From Nautiliaceae bacterium (GTDB taxonomy: Bacteria > Campylobacterota > Campylobacteria > Campylobacterales > Nautiliaceae): DNA of 20,281 nt. Of this stretch, positions 1 to 8,737 are shown piece by piece. The DNA is taken from assembly GCA_039831155.1 (NCBI GenBank), contig JBDONT010000034.1, positions 1 through 20,281 on the forward strand, given 5' to 3'. Every line of letters begins with the position of its first letter. The stretch's first letter is position 1. The notes below the pieces were generated by a model. That model had not been told where the DNA came from, made no database searches, and saw only the letters and a program-made list of their open reading frames with translations. A program made the translations under genes and the position numbers.

Positions 1-1
1 T

Positions 2-427
2 CCTTATAAGGGTGAAAGTATTTCGTTTGCAATTCTTTTTGATATGAATAAGCTGTTTGAAAGTTTTGTGGGGAGCTGTTTTAAGAAGTATTCAAAAGAA
101 GTGAAACTTCAGCATAAAAAATTTCATCTTTTCGATATTGAGAAAAAATACGGGCTTATTCCGGATATTGTTGTTGAAAATAAAATTTTTGATACTAAGT
201 GGAAGATAATTAAATCTTTAGAGGATATTTCGGGAAGCGATTTTTATCAGATGTTTGCGTATGCTAAAAAATACGACTCAAAAGAAGTGACGCTTATTTT
301 CCCGAAAGTGTATGATACAGAAGAAAAAGAACTCGGATTTGAAGAGGGATATAAACTAAAAATCGTATTTTTCGATTTAAGGGAGTGTAAAAAAGAAGTG
401 AATAGGATTTTAAATGAGAAAGGATAG
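2..427 (+). CDS. mcrC: McrC-family (McrBC-type modification-dependent restriction) nuclease subunit, 5'-truncated by the window edge
   Basis: The frame is open from position 2 (PYKGESISFAILFDMNKLFESFV), so ATG 44 is internal. It carries the McrC-type FDMNxLFE motif, PD-(D/E)xK residues (IPDIVV...IFDTKWK) and the DxYQMFAY motif. Confidence 0.88.
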   Translation, partial: PYKGESISFAILFDMNKLFESFVGSCFKKYSKEVKLQHKKFHLFDIEKKYGLIPDIVVENKIFDTKWKIIKSLEDISGSDFYQMFAYAKKYDSKEVTLIFPKVYDTEEKELGFEEGYKLKIVFFDLRECKKEVNRILNEKG

Positions 428-1157
428 GTTTTACCGAATAATAAAAGAGATAAAAAGCGGTAGTGTAAAAAACGCCAAAGACAGAAAAGAGGTTTTAAAA
501 AAGGCGTATGAGTTTGCCGACAGGGAGGATTTGCTGAGGTATTTTTTAAAGTTTGAGGGGAAAGAGGCTGTTATACAAAATGAGGAGATTTTTGAAAGGT
601 TTATTGAAGAAAATCTCGGGTGCGGGTTTGAAAAATACGGGGAATATGAGAGTAAAAAAGATTTAGCACTAATATATAAAAACACAAAAGCCAAAAATCT
701 GCATACAAGCGATATTACGATAATTCACAGAAAAAGAAATGCACTTCCTCAAATTTTTTATGACGGTTTTGAACCGGAGATTGACGGAAGAATAGTCGTG
801 GTTGAAAATTATGAGAGTTTTTTAAGGATTGATTTTGAGTTGTTTGAAGAAGTGGATTTTATATATCTTGGAGGATATAGTAATAAAAAAACGGCGGAGT
901 TTTTGAAAGATAAGGATATTTTGTTTTTCGGGGATTTTGATTTTTTTGGGATGATGATTTTTGATGTGCTTGAGTGTAAAAGTAAGGAGTTTTTTATTCC
1001 GGATAATCTGGAAGAATTTTTTAAAAAATATCCAAATCAAAAACTTTATCTTGAACAAAGATATATTGAAAATAAGGTAAAAAAGGTCGATAAGGTTTAT
1101 AAACTGATAAAAAAATACGCGGCGGTTGTTGAGCAGGAGGTGTTAAATAAATTGTGA
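414..1157 (+). CDS. Toprim-domain protein, Wadjet JetD/MksG-like (DUF2220-type) putative nuclease
   Basis: Topo-VI-like Toprim motifs in JetD order: IVVVENYESF, FIYLGGY, LFFGDFDFFGMMIF (DxDxxG) and terminal VEQE. Overlaps mcrC by 14 nt. Confidence 0.75.
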   Translation: MRKDRFYRIIKEIKSGSVKNAKDRKEVLKKAYEFADREDLLRYFLKFEGKEAVIQNEEIFERFIEENLGCGFEKYGEYESKKDLALIYKNTKAKNLHTSDITIIHRKRNALPQIFYDGFEPEIDGRIVVVENYESFLRIDFELFEEVDFIYLGGYSNKKTAEFLKDKDILFFGDFDFFGMMIFDVLECKSKEFFIPDNLEEFFKKYPNQKLYLEQRYIENKVKKVDKVYKLIKKYAAVVEQEVLNKL

Positions 1158-1163
1158 TATAAT
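1155..1163 (+). promoter_or_regulatory. Extended -10 promoter element for the TA operon
   Basis: TGATATAAT (TGn-TATAAT) 28 nt upstream of ATG 1192. AAGG Shine-Dalgarno at 1181-1184. Confidence 0.65.
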
Positions 1164-1191
1164 AAGTAAATTTTTCCTTAAAGGTTTAAGT

Positions 1192-1425
1192 ATGAAAACA
1201 ATTACCTTAAAAGTAGATGATAATTTTTTTGAAGAGTTTAGCAATTTGGTAAAAGAATATAAAACAACAAAAACAGAATTTATAAAAGAAGCTATTAAAG
1301 AGTATAAAAATAAAAAAGAAAAAGAGAAATTAAAAAAGCTTTTTTATAATGCTTCATTAAAAGTAAGAGAAAAGAGTAAAAAAATTAATGAAGAGTTTGA
1401 AGATAGTACAAATGATGGAATATGA
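1192..1425 (+). CDS. Ribbon-helix-helix (CopG-like) type II antitoxin
   Basis: 77 aa. N-terminal alternating strand MKTITLKVDD, then TKTEFIKEAIKEY (RHH pattern) and an acidic tail. ATGA overlap with the downstream toxin. Confidence 0.8.
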   Translation: MKTITLKVDDNFFEEFSNLVKEYKTTKTEFIKEAIKEYKNKKEKEKLKKLFYNASLKVREKSKKINEEFEDSTNDGI

Positions 1426-1763
1426 AAAGAGGGGAAGTTTATTTAGCGTATCTCAATTCAAATAAAGGAAAAGAAGTTGGAAAATTAAGACCGGTACTTA
1501 TACTTCAAACAGATTTTTTAAATGAGGTTAAGCATCCAACTGTTATAATTTTACCTCTTAGTACGAAGCTGATAGATGATGCTTATCCTTTGAGATATAG
1601 AGTTAAAAAAAGAGATAATTTAGAGAAAGATTCAGATGTTTTGTGTGACCAGATTAAAGCTATAAGTATTGAAAGAATTAGAGGTGAGAGGCTTACTATT
1701 TTGAATGAAAAGGAATTAAAAGAGATTGAAAAACAGGTAAAACTTATTTTGGAGTTTGAATGA
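1422..1763 (+). CDS. mazF: PemK/MazF-family endoribonuclease toxin
   Basis: MKRGEVYLA..GKEVGKLRPVLILQ..IILPLST..SDVLCDQIKAIS..RI is the PemK/MazF signature. Confidence 0.93.
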   Translation: MKRGEVYLAYLNSNKGKEVGKLRPVLILQTDFLNEVKHPTVIILPLSTKLIDDAYPLRYRVKKRDNLEKDSDVLCDQIKAISIERIRGERLTILNEKELKEIEKQVKLILEFE

Positions 1764-2599
1764 AAATAAAAGAATTTTTAAAAGAACCGAACGGCACTTA
1801 CATACTTGAAAAAGTTTTAAACAAAGATAAAGCGTGGCTTTTTTTAAATGATGATTTGGAAGTGCCAAAAGAGGCTTTAAAGATTTTGGAAAAAGTGAAA
1901 TCGGGGTATCCTATTGAATATATGTTTGAGGAAGTCTGGTTTTACGGGGATAAATTTTATATAAAAGAGGGTGTATTAATCCCAAGGGACGATACGGAAG
2001 TAGTGGTAGAAAGAGCGATAAACTTAATAAAAGAAATGAATGCCAAAAGAGTGGTTGATTGCTGCACGGGAAGCGGGGTGATTGCGATAGAAATTGCAAA
2101 GCATACAAATGCAAAAGTAATAGCGACGGATATAAGCGATATGGCGATAGAAGTTGCTAGAAAAAATATTATGTTAAGTGTTGTAGGTGCTAAAGTTAAA
2201 GTTGTAAAAGCAGATTTACTGTCAAAAAGCAGTGTAAAGCAAGAAATAGAGCGGGATGAGACGATAAATAATAATGATATTGAAAAATTCGGATTTGAAA
2301 TTGAAAATGGTTTTGTAAAAGCCGATATTTTAGTTTCCAACCCTCCGTATGTCGAAAACAGCTGGGAAAAACCAAATGATTACGAACCCGATTTGGCTTT
2401 TTACGGAGGCGATGACGGGCTTGATATAGTAAAAAAACTTATTCTTAAAGCAAAAGAGCTTAAATACAAGGCCGCTGTAATTGAAATAGGGTATAACCAA
2501 AAAGAAAAATTAAGCGAATTTTTAAATGGAAAAGTAAAGGGGTTTGAATTTTTTAACGATTTGGCGGGAAACATAAGAGGGGTTGAGATTATATTTTAA
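1760..2599 (+). CDS. prmC: Release factor glutamine methyltransferase (HemK/PrmC)
   Basis: YPIEY, VLIPRDDTE, DCCTGSG SAM motif, SNPPYV, YEPDLAFYGGDDGL, EIGYNQ, DLAG. Confidence 0.95.
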   Translation: MKIKEFLKEPNGTYILEKVLNKDKAWLFLNDDLEVPKEALKILEKVKSGYPIEYMFEEVWFYGDKFYIKEGVLIPRDDTEVVVERAINLIKEMNAKRVVDCCTGSGVIAIEIAKHTNAKVIATDISDMAIEVARKNIMLSVVGAKVKVVKADLLSKSSVKQEIERDETINNNDIEKFGFEIENGFVKADILVSNPPYVENSWEKPNDYEPDLAFYGGDDGLDIVKKLILKAKELKYKAAVIEIGYNQKEKLSEFLNGKVKGFEFFNDLAGNIRGVEIIF

Positions 2600-3728
2600 G
2601 GTGTTTTTTTAAGCTTAAAGCCGGAATAATTGATATCAATGTTAAAACGGCTGATAATTGGAATGTTGTATATAATCCGAATTTTTCTCCTAAAAATCCA
2701 GCTATTAAGATTAAAATGGAACTAACCCCGAAATTAAGTGCCATATAAATGCTATTTAAAAAAGTAGGGGCTTTTGTTTTGATATCTTGAACTGCTGCTA
2801 AAAGCACCGGAGATTGGGAAAAGAGAAAAAATCCAAGAGGAGCCAAAAGAATCCATAAGGCTGATTTGTAAAAATATAAAAATAAAACCAAACTTAAAAA
2901 CGCTCCTATTGAAGAGATAATAAGCATTTTTACCCTTCCGATTTTATCCGAAAACCTACCGGCAAAAAGAGCCCCTAAAATTCCGAACCCCTGAAGCACA
3001 CCAAAAGCTATACCGGCACTTTCCACACTGTAGCCGTTTTGAGTTAAAAATACCGGTAAAAACAGAGATAAAGAGACTTTTGAAGTGTAGTTTAATAAAA
3101 TAAAAGAGCTTAAAGATTTAAAAAAGGGAAACACTTCTTTTAAAATTTGTTTAACTTCGTCTTTTTCGAATTTTTTGGCGTAAAAGTTTGTTTTGTAATC
3201 TTTAAGTTTTATATAAAGAAAGATTGAAGTTAAAATTCCAAGAGGCGTTAATTTCCATATCCCCTCAAGTCCCCAAACAGAAATAACACCCGCGGCAAGT
3301 ATAGGACCTAATGTCCTGGCACTCTCTCCCGCCGCCATAAAATAGCTCATGCCTTTTCCGGCTTCTTTTTTTGAAAATTCTTTAATGATTGTAGGTGCCG
3401 GTATATGGAAAAGCGCGGCACTTATTCCTGCAATAAACAGTAAAAACAGAGCTATTATGTATGATGAGGTTATACTCAAAAGCCCCATGGAAACTGCCGT
3501 AATTGTAGGTGTAATTATTACAAACATTTTGGCGTCTCTTTTTTCGGCTATTATTCCTAAAAGAGGATTTAAAAGAGAGGGTATTTTTCGTGCAATATCA
3601 AGCATACCGGCTTGAGTTAAACTGATACCTAATTTTTGAATAAGTAAAGGTAAAATGGGTGCAAGAAGGGCTGAGAAAATATCGTGTGCGAAATGTGCGA
3701 ATGAAATTAAGTAAACTTTCTTTTTCAT
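2589..3728 (-). CDS. MFS transporter, Fsr (fosmidomycin-resistance)-like
   Basis: Highly hydrophobic, about 12 TM segments by eye. HFAHD N-terminal motif, ALFHIPA, GRFSDKIGR (MFS motif A repeat). Confidence 0.85.
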   Translation of the reverse strand: MKKKVYLISFAHFAHDIFSALLAPILPLLIQKLGISLTQAGMLDIARKIPSLLNPLLGIIAEKRDAKMFVIITPTITAVSMGLLSITSSYIIALFLLFIAGISAALFHIPAPTIIKEFSKKEAGKGMSYFMAAGESARTLGPILAAGVISVWGLEGIWKLTPLGILTSIFLYIKLKDYKTNFYAKKFEKDEVKQILKEVFPFFKSLSSFILLNYTSKVSLSLFLPVFLTQNGYSVESAGIAFGVLQGFGILGALFAGRFSDKIGRVKMLIISSIGAFLSLVLFLYFYKSALWILLAPLGFFLFSQSPVLLAAVQDIKTKAPTFLNSIYMALNFGVSSILILIAGFLGEKFGLYTTFQLSAVLTLISIIPALSLKKHLKI

Positions 3729-3791
3729 TTTTATCCTTGTTTTTTGTGGAATTTTACACTAAAATTTTCTCAAATCTATAAAAGGGCTGAT

Positions 3792-4976
3792 ATGAGAAAA
3801 CTTGACAGTTTAGGATTTGAAGAGAGTTTGGAACTGATTTTGGAAAAAATAGAACCGAAAAAAGAAACTAAGAAAATATTTATCTCTCAAGCTATAGGTA
3901 AAATTCTTGCACAAGATATAAAAGCAAAGAGAGATTTGCCTCTTTTTACAAATTCGGCAATGGACGGATATGCTTTTAAATATAATGAAAAGTGTAAAAA
4001 GTATAAAGTTGTTAAGACGATTTTTGCCGGGGATATTGTTGAGGGGAGTTTAAATGAGTGTGAGTGTTATAAGATAATGACCGGAGCTATGGTGCCAAAA
4101 GACGCCGATACGGTAGTGCCTTTTGAGAAGGTAAAAGAAGTCGGTGAATTTATAGAGTTTGAAGAAAAAAAAGGAGCGAACGTAAGGTTAAAAGGGGAAG
4201 AAGTTAAAAAAGGGGAAGTTCTTTTAGAAAAAGGAAGAAAACTCAATTTTGCAGATATTGCAATGCTTTCGTCTCAAGGTATCGTAAATGTTTCAGTGTA
4301 TAGGGATTTAAAAATAGGAGTGGTGGTAAGTGGAAACGAACTTAAAGAGCCGTGGGAAGAGGTCGGTGAATTTGAGCTTTTTAACGCAAACGGAATGGGA
4401 ATAGTCTCTTTACTTAAAGAAAAAGGATTTGAAGCTGATTATTTAGGAGTATTGCCGGATTCTTTGGAAGAGAGTATAAAGTTTTTTGAAAATATAAAAG
4501 GTTACGATGTTCTTATAACAAGCGGAGGAATTTCGCAAGGGGAGGCCGATTTTATATTGGACGCTTTAGAAGAAAACGGATTTGAAAAATATATTCACGG
4601 TATTTTGGTAAAACCCGGAAGAGCTACTTTGGTTGGAAAATTAAAAGATACTCTTATTTTAGGAATGCCCGGAAATCCTCTTAGTGCTTTAATTCAACTT
4701 CTTAGTTTGGGAATTCCTGTTTTAGAAAAATTAAGAGGAAATAAAAACTATAATTTTACTTTTATTGAAATCGAAAATAAAATTCCTTTTAAACTAAACT
4801 CCAAAAAAGACCACACTATCTTGGGCAGAGTGGAAAAAGACGGATTTTATGTTATAGATAATTATAAATACGGAAGTGGAATGTTAATGCCTTTTATAAA
4901 AGCAAACGCTTTTGCGATTGTTAAAAAAGGAAAATCCTTTATAGAAAGCGAAAAACTAAAAGTCGCTTTATTTTAG
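3792..4976 (+). CDS. moeA: Molybdopterin molybdotransferase
   Basis: SAMDGYA, IMTGAMVP, SGNEL, TSGGISQG, VKPGR, MPGNPLSA. Start moved to ATG 3792, which follows AAGGG. Confidence 0.95.
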   Translation: MRKLDSLGFEESLELILEKIEPKKETKKIFISQAIGKILAQDIKAKRDLPLFTNSAMDGYAFKYNEKCKKYKVVKTIFAGDIVEGSLNECECYKIMTGAMVPKDADTVVPFEKVKEVGEFIEFEEKKGANVRLKGEEVKKGEVLLEKGRKLNFADIAMLSSQGIVNVSVYRDLKIGVVVSGNELKEPWEEVGEFELFNANGMGIVSLLKEKGFEADYLGVLPDSLEESIKFFENIKGYDVLITSGGISQGEADFILDALEENGFEKYIHGILVKPGRATLVGKLKDTLILGMPGNPLSALIQLLSLGIPVLEKLRGNKNYNFTFIEIENKIPFKLNSKKDHTILGRVEKDGFYVIDNYKYGSGMLMPFIKANAFAIVKKGKSFIESEKLKVALF

Positions 4977-5240
4977 TTTTTCGTTCATTTTTATATATTC
5001 CGGTTTTGTTTCTATGCACTGCATTGCCGGGCTTGTTTTAGGGTCGTCTCTAAATACGACAACGCAATGCATTCTAGGGTATCCTTGAGTGTCAAACTCA
5101 TACACCCTAGGATTTGTACCGGTTGTTTCTATTGTATAGCTTATGGTGTTTATTGTTTTTTTAAAAGTTCCTATGAAGCTGTTCCAGTTAAACGCTAGAG
5201 AAAATGACGCAATTAGAGATATTGCAAGTAATTTTTTCAT
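4968..5240 (-). CDS. Small secreted hypothetical protein (90 aa, signal peptide, two Cys)
   Basis: Start MKKLLAISLIASFSLA (Sec signal peptide) preceded by AAGGA. Mature part contains RVYEF..MHCVVVF..MQC. Confidence 0.75.
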   Translation of the reverse strand: MKKLLAISLIASFSLAFNWNSFIGTFKKTINTISYTIETTGTNPRVYEFDTQGYPRMHCVVVFRDDPKTSPAMQCIETKPEYIKMNEKLK

Positions 5241-5248
5241 ACTAATCC

Positions 5249-5275
5249 TTTTTGTTATAATTATAAACAAAAAAA
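5249..5275. promoter_or_regulatory. Bidirectional promoter (overlapping -10 boxes)
   Basis: TTTTTGTTATAATTATAAACAAAAAAA: TATAAT on + (5256-5261) and on - (5265-5260), inside a 42-nt divergent gap. Confidence 0.65.
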
Positions 5276-5282
5276 GGCAAAA

Positions 5283-8033
5283 ATGGATATAAATAAACTT
5301 TTAAATTCAAAAAAACTGTTAACAGAAATCTACTTTGAGATTCAGAAATATTACGATAATCTATATCCCAATGCGGTTGTTTTAATGGAAGTGGGAAGTT
5401 TTTTTGAAACTTACGAGGCTGAAGGTATCGGAAAAGCCAGAGAAATAGCAAGCGTACTTAATATTCAGCTCACAAAAAAGAATAAGTCTATTCAAAAAGT
5501 AGATATAAAAAACCCTCTAATGGCCGGATTTCCTTCTCACGCACTTGATAGATACTTAGAAAAGCTCATAGACGAAAACAGATACACTATTATTCTAGTA
5601 AAACAAAAAGGAACCCCTCCTAACGTTACAAGATATATAAGTGAGATTATTTCCCCCGGAGTTAATCTTGAGTATTCCAAAACCACTGAAAATTACGTAA
5701 CATCTATAATTATAGAAAAATACTCTGCTTTTCACGTAGGGTTTGCGAATGTAGATATAACAACCGGTAAAAGTTTTGTATATGAAAACTACTCTACAAA
5801 AGACGATCCGACTTTCGCACTTGATGAACTTTTTAGACTGTTGCAGACTTATAAGTCGAGTGAAATTATTTTAACTTTAAAAAACGTAGATTGCGATGAG
5901 GTTGTAAACTATTTGGAACTTGAAGGTAAAAACATAATTATTAACCGTACCAGAATGGATGTTAATTATCAAAACGAAATTTTTAAAAGGGTTTACAATA
6001 TAAAAAGCCTTTTAACTCCTATTGAGGTTATGAATCTTGAGAGGTTTCCTTTAATTACGGAGGCTTTAGGGATTTTACTTGAGTTTGTCATAGCCCATAA
6101 TAAAGAACTTTTGAATAAATTAAAAGAGCCCGTTTTAATTGATGATGAAAAATTCGTTTATTTGGGAAATAATCCCATAAAACAGCTTGAGATTGACAAA
6201 GTTTTAAAATTAATCGATAAAACCAAAACTTCAATGGGAAAAAGACTTATAAAAGAGAGGCTTTATAATCCCATTCAAGATATTGACGAGCTTAATAAAA
6301 GATATAAATCTGTTGATTTTATGTTAAAAAGATACAAAGAGTTTGAGCCTCTTTTAAGAGATATTTACGATTTGGAAAAGATTGACAGAAAAATAAAACT
6401 AAAAAAACTTCACCCTTTTGAGATTAATTTTTTATTGACTTCTCTTGAATCTATTGCCGAAATTTATGTAAAACTTAAAAAAAGAACTTCAAAAATAGAG
6501 ATTTTTATAGAGTTTATTAAGAAAAATTTCGATTTAAACAAAATAAACGTAAAATTGGAAGATGTGAAAGAGTCGTTTTTTAAAGAGGGGATAGATAAAG
6601 AACTTGACGAGCTTATTAAAGAAAAAGAGAGATATTATAATCAACTTGTAAAAATACAAAAGAAGATAGAGTCTTTGGGAGATTTTAAGGTTGAAATAAA
6701 CAGACTTGAAAAAGAGGGGTTTTATTTTTCTTTGACAAAAAACAGATTTAAAATTATTAAAGATAAATTTCAAGAGAGTTTTGTGGATTTGGGGGATGAG
6801 AAGCTTTTTTTTGAAGATTTGAAAATCAAACAACTTACAAACAGCGTAAAAATTACTGGCGATAAGATAGACGAAATAGGAGATAAGATAATAGCTCTTC
6901 AAAATAAGATTATAAAACGTTCTTTAGAACTTTTTTTTGATAAATTGAAAGAAATGGAAGAGTTTGATATTTTGCACTCTTTAGCAGATGAAATTGCAAA
7001 AATAGACGTGGCGGTTAGCAGTGCTAAAGCGGCAAAAGAACTAAACTATACAAAGCCCGTTATTACTAATAAAAAGGCCTGTTTTAAAGATTTAAGACAC
7101 CCTTTAATAGAAGTAAATCAAGAAAACGGTATTTACGTTCCAAATGATATAGATTTTAACGAATATGACGGAATGCTTTTATACGGGATTAACTCTTCGG
7201 GAAAAAGTTCTCTTATGAAAAGTGTGGGAATTGCCGTATTTTTGGCTCAAAGTGGTTTTTTTGTACCGTGTAGTAAAATGGAGTTTACCCCTTATAACGC
7301 CGTTTTTACAAGAATTGAAGCAAAAGATAACCTCTCTAAGGGGCTTTCCACTTTTGCAGTTGAAATGCTTGAGCTTAAAAACATATTCAACAGAGCAGAT
7401 AAAAACTCATTGGTTTTAGGAGACGAAATAGCTCACGGGACGGAGACGACTTCGGCTTTGGCTATTGTAGCTAGTGCTGTTATAAAACTTGCAAGAAAAA
7501 AAATAAACTTTCTTTTTGCCACTCATTTACATCAGTTAATGGATATAGATGAGATTAAAGAGTTAAAAAATGTAGTGGCTAAACATTTGGAAGTCTATTT
7601 TGACGGAGAAAAATTGGTTTATGATAGAAAACTTAAAGATGGAAGCGGCAGCAGTGTATACGGGCTTGAGTTTGCCAAATCCATTTATATGGATAAAGAG
7701 TTTTTAAAGACGGCTGAAGAGATTAGAAAAAGACTCACTCAAGAATATAGTGAAATGGAACTGTTGCTTAAAAAGAAAAAGAGTCGTTACAATAAAAAGC
7801 TTTTGGTAACTACCTGTGCTATTTGTGGGAAAGTGGTTGAGGATGTTCATCACATAGTGGAAAAAGAAAAAGCAAAAGAGGGCTTTATAGACCACTATCC
7901 GGTCCATCACAAATATAATTTAATTCCTCTTTGTAAAAAACACCACAAAATGGTGCACGAAGGTAAAATTAGAATTACCGGCTTTGTGACCACTTCAAAA
8001 GGAATAGAACTACATTACGAAGAAGTTACGTAA
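5283..8033 (+). CDS. mutS: MutS-family ATPase with C-terminal HNH endonuclease (MutS7 type)
   Basis: Domain I LMEVGSFFETY (FxE) and MAGFP; LRHPLIE; Walker A GINSSGKSS; STFAVEM; Walker B LGDEIAHGT; FATHLH; C-terminal CAIC..EDVHHI..NLIPLCKKHHKMVH. Confidence 0.93.
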   Translation: MDINKLLNSKKLLTEIYFEIQKYYDNLYPNAVVLMEVGSFFETYEAEGIGKAREIASVLNIQLTKKNKSIQKVDIKNPLMAGFPSHALDRYLEKLIDENRYTIILVKQKGTPPNVTRYISEIISPGVNLEYSKTTENYVTSIIIEKYSAFHVGFANVDITTGKSFVYENYSTKDDPTFALDELFRLLQTYKSSEIILTLKNVDCDEVVNYLELEGKNIIINRTRMDVNYQNEIFKRVYNIKSLLTPIEVMNLERFPLITEALGILLEFVIAHNKELLNKLKEPVLIDDEKFVYLGNNPIKQLEIDKVLKLIDKTKTSMGKRLIKERLYNPIQDIDELNKRYKSVDFMLKRYKEFEPLLRDIYDLEKIDRKIKLKKLHPFEINFLLTSLESIAEIYVKLKKRTSKIEIFIEFIKKNFDLNKINVKLEDVKESFFKEGIDKELDELIKEKERYYNQLVKIQKKIESLGDFKVEINRLEKEGFYFSLTKNRFKIIKDKFQESFVDLGDEKLFFEDLKIKQLTNSVKITGDKIDEIGDKIIALQNKIIKRSLELFFDKLKEMEEFDILHSLADEIAKIDVAVSSAKAAKELNYTKPVITNKKACFKDLRHPLIEVNQENGIYVPNDIDFNEYDGMLLYGINSSGKSSLMKSVGIAVFLAQSGFFVPCSKMEFTPYNAVFTRIEAKDNLSKGLSTFAVEMLELKNIFNRADKNSLVLGDEIAHGTETTSALAIVASAVIKLARKKINFLFATHLHQLMDIDEIKELKNVVAKHLEVYFDGEKLVYDRKLKDGSGSSVYGLEFAKSIYMDKEFLKTAEEIRKRLTQEYSEMELLLKKKKSRYNKKLLVTTCAICGKVVEDVHHIVEKEKAKEGFIDHYPVHHKYNLIPLCKKHHKMVHEGKIRITGFVTTSKGIELHYEEVT

Positions 8034-8728
8034 TTTCTTGCCTTTTTTAAATCTTCTGCTGTATCTATTCCGAAACTTTTGGTTTTAACTTCTATCATTG
8101 CTATTTTAAAGCCGTTTTCTATTACCCTTAGTTGTTCCAGTTTTTCTATATGCTCTAAGTTTCCTTGCATATTTACAAACATATCTAAGCTTTTTTTATC
8201 AAATCCGTATATGCCTATATGACCGAAATATTTATGTGGGGTATTGTCTCTGTTGTACGGTATTTTACTTCTTGAGAAATATATGGCGTCGTTTTGTTTG
8301 TTGAGTATTACTTTTACCAAATTGGGGTCGTTTGCCTGAAGCTCGTCAATTTCTTTATAGCAGCTTACCATTTTAAAGTCTCTTTTTAGAGTTTGGAGTC
8401 TGATTTTTACTTTTTTTAAAATTTCCGCTTCTAAGAAAGGTTCGTCACCTTGCATATTTATAACTATTTCATCATCTTCAAGTCCTAATATATCGGCTGC
8501 TTCTTTTATTCTGTCGCTTCCGCTTTTATGAGAAGGGCTTGTCATAACGGCTTGAAACCCGTATTTGTTGGCAACTTCTATAACTTCATAAGAATCCGTA
8601 GCTATACATACGTTATCAACTTGTTTTGCAACTTCCGCACACCATATTATCATAGGTTTTTGTTTTATCTCTACTAGAACTTTTTTAGGAAGTCTGCTTG
8701 AAGATAGTCTTGCCGGGATGATTATCAT
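8015..8728 (-). CDS. kdsB: 3-deoxy-manno-octulosonate cytidylyltransferase
   Basis: IIPARLSSSRLPKK, SGSDRI, NMQGDEP, AIYFSRSKIPY, HIGIY, EKLEQLR. Start moved to ATG 8728, which follows AAGGG. Confidence 0.96.
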   Translation of the reverse strand: MIIIPARLSSSRLPKKVLVEIKQKPMIIWCAEVAKQVDNVCIATDSYEVIEVANKYGFQAVMTSPSHKSGSDRIKEAADILGLEDDEIVINMQGDEPFLEAEILKKVKIRLQTLKRDFKMVSCYKEIDELQANDPNLVKVILNKQNDAIYFSRSKIPYNRDNTPHKYFGHIGIYGFDKKSLDMFVNMQGNLEHIEKLEQLRVIENGFKIAMIEVKTKSFGIDTAEDLKKARNYVTSS

Positions 8729-8737
8729 TGTATTCCC

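Noticed and set aside
1176-1184. CCTTAAAGG dyad over the antitoxin SD as TA operator or hairpin
   Set aside because: Arms are only 4 bp with a 1-nt spacer, too short to distinguish from chance.
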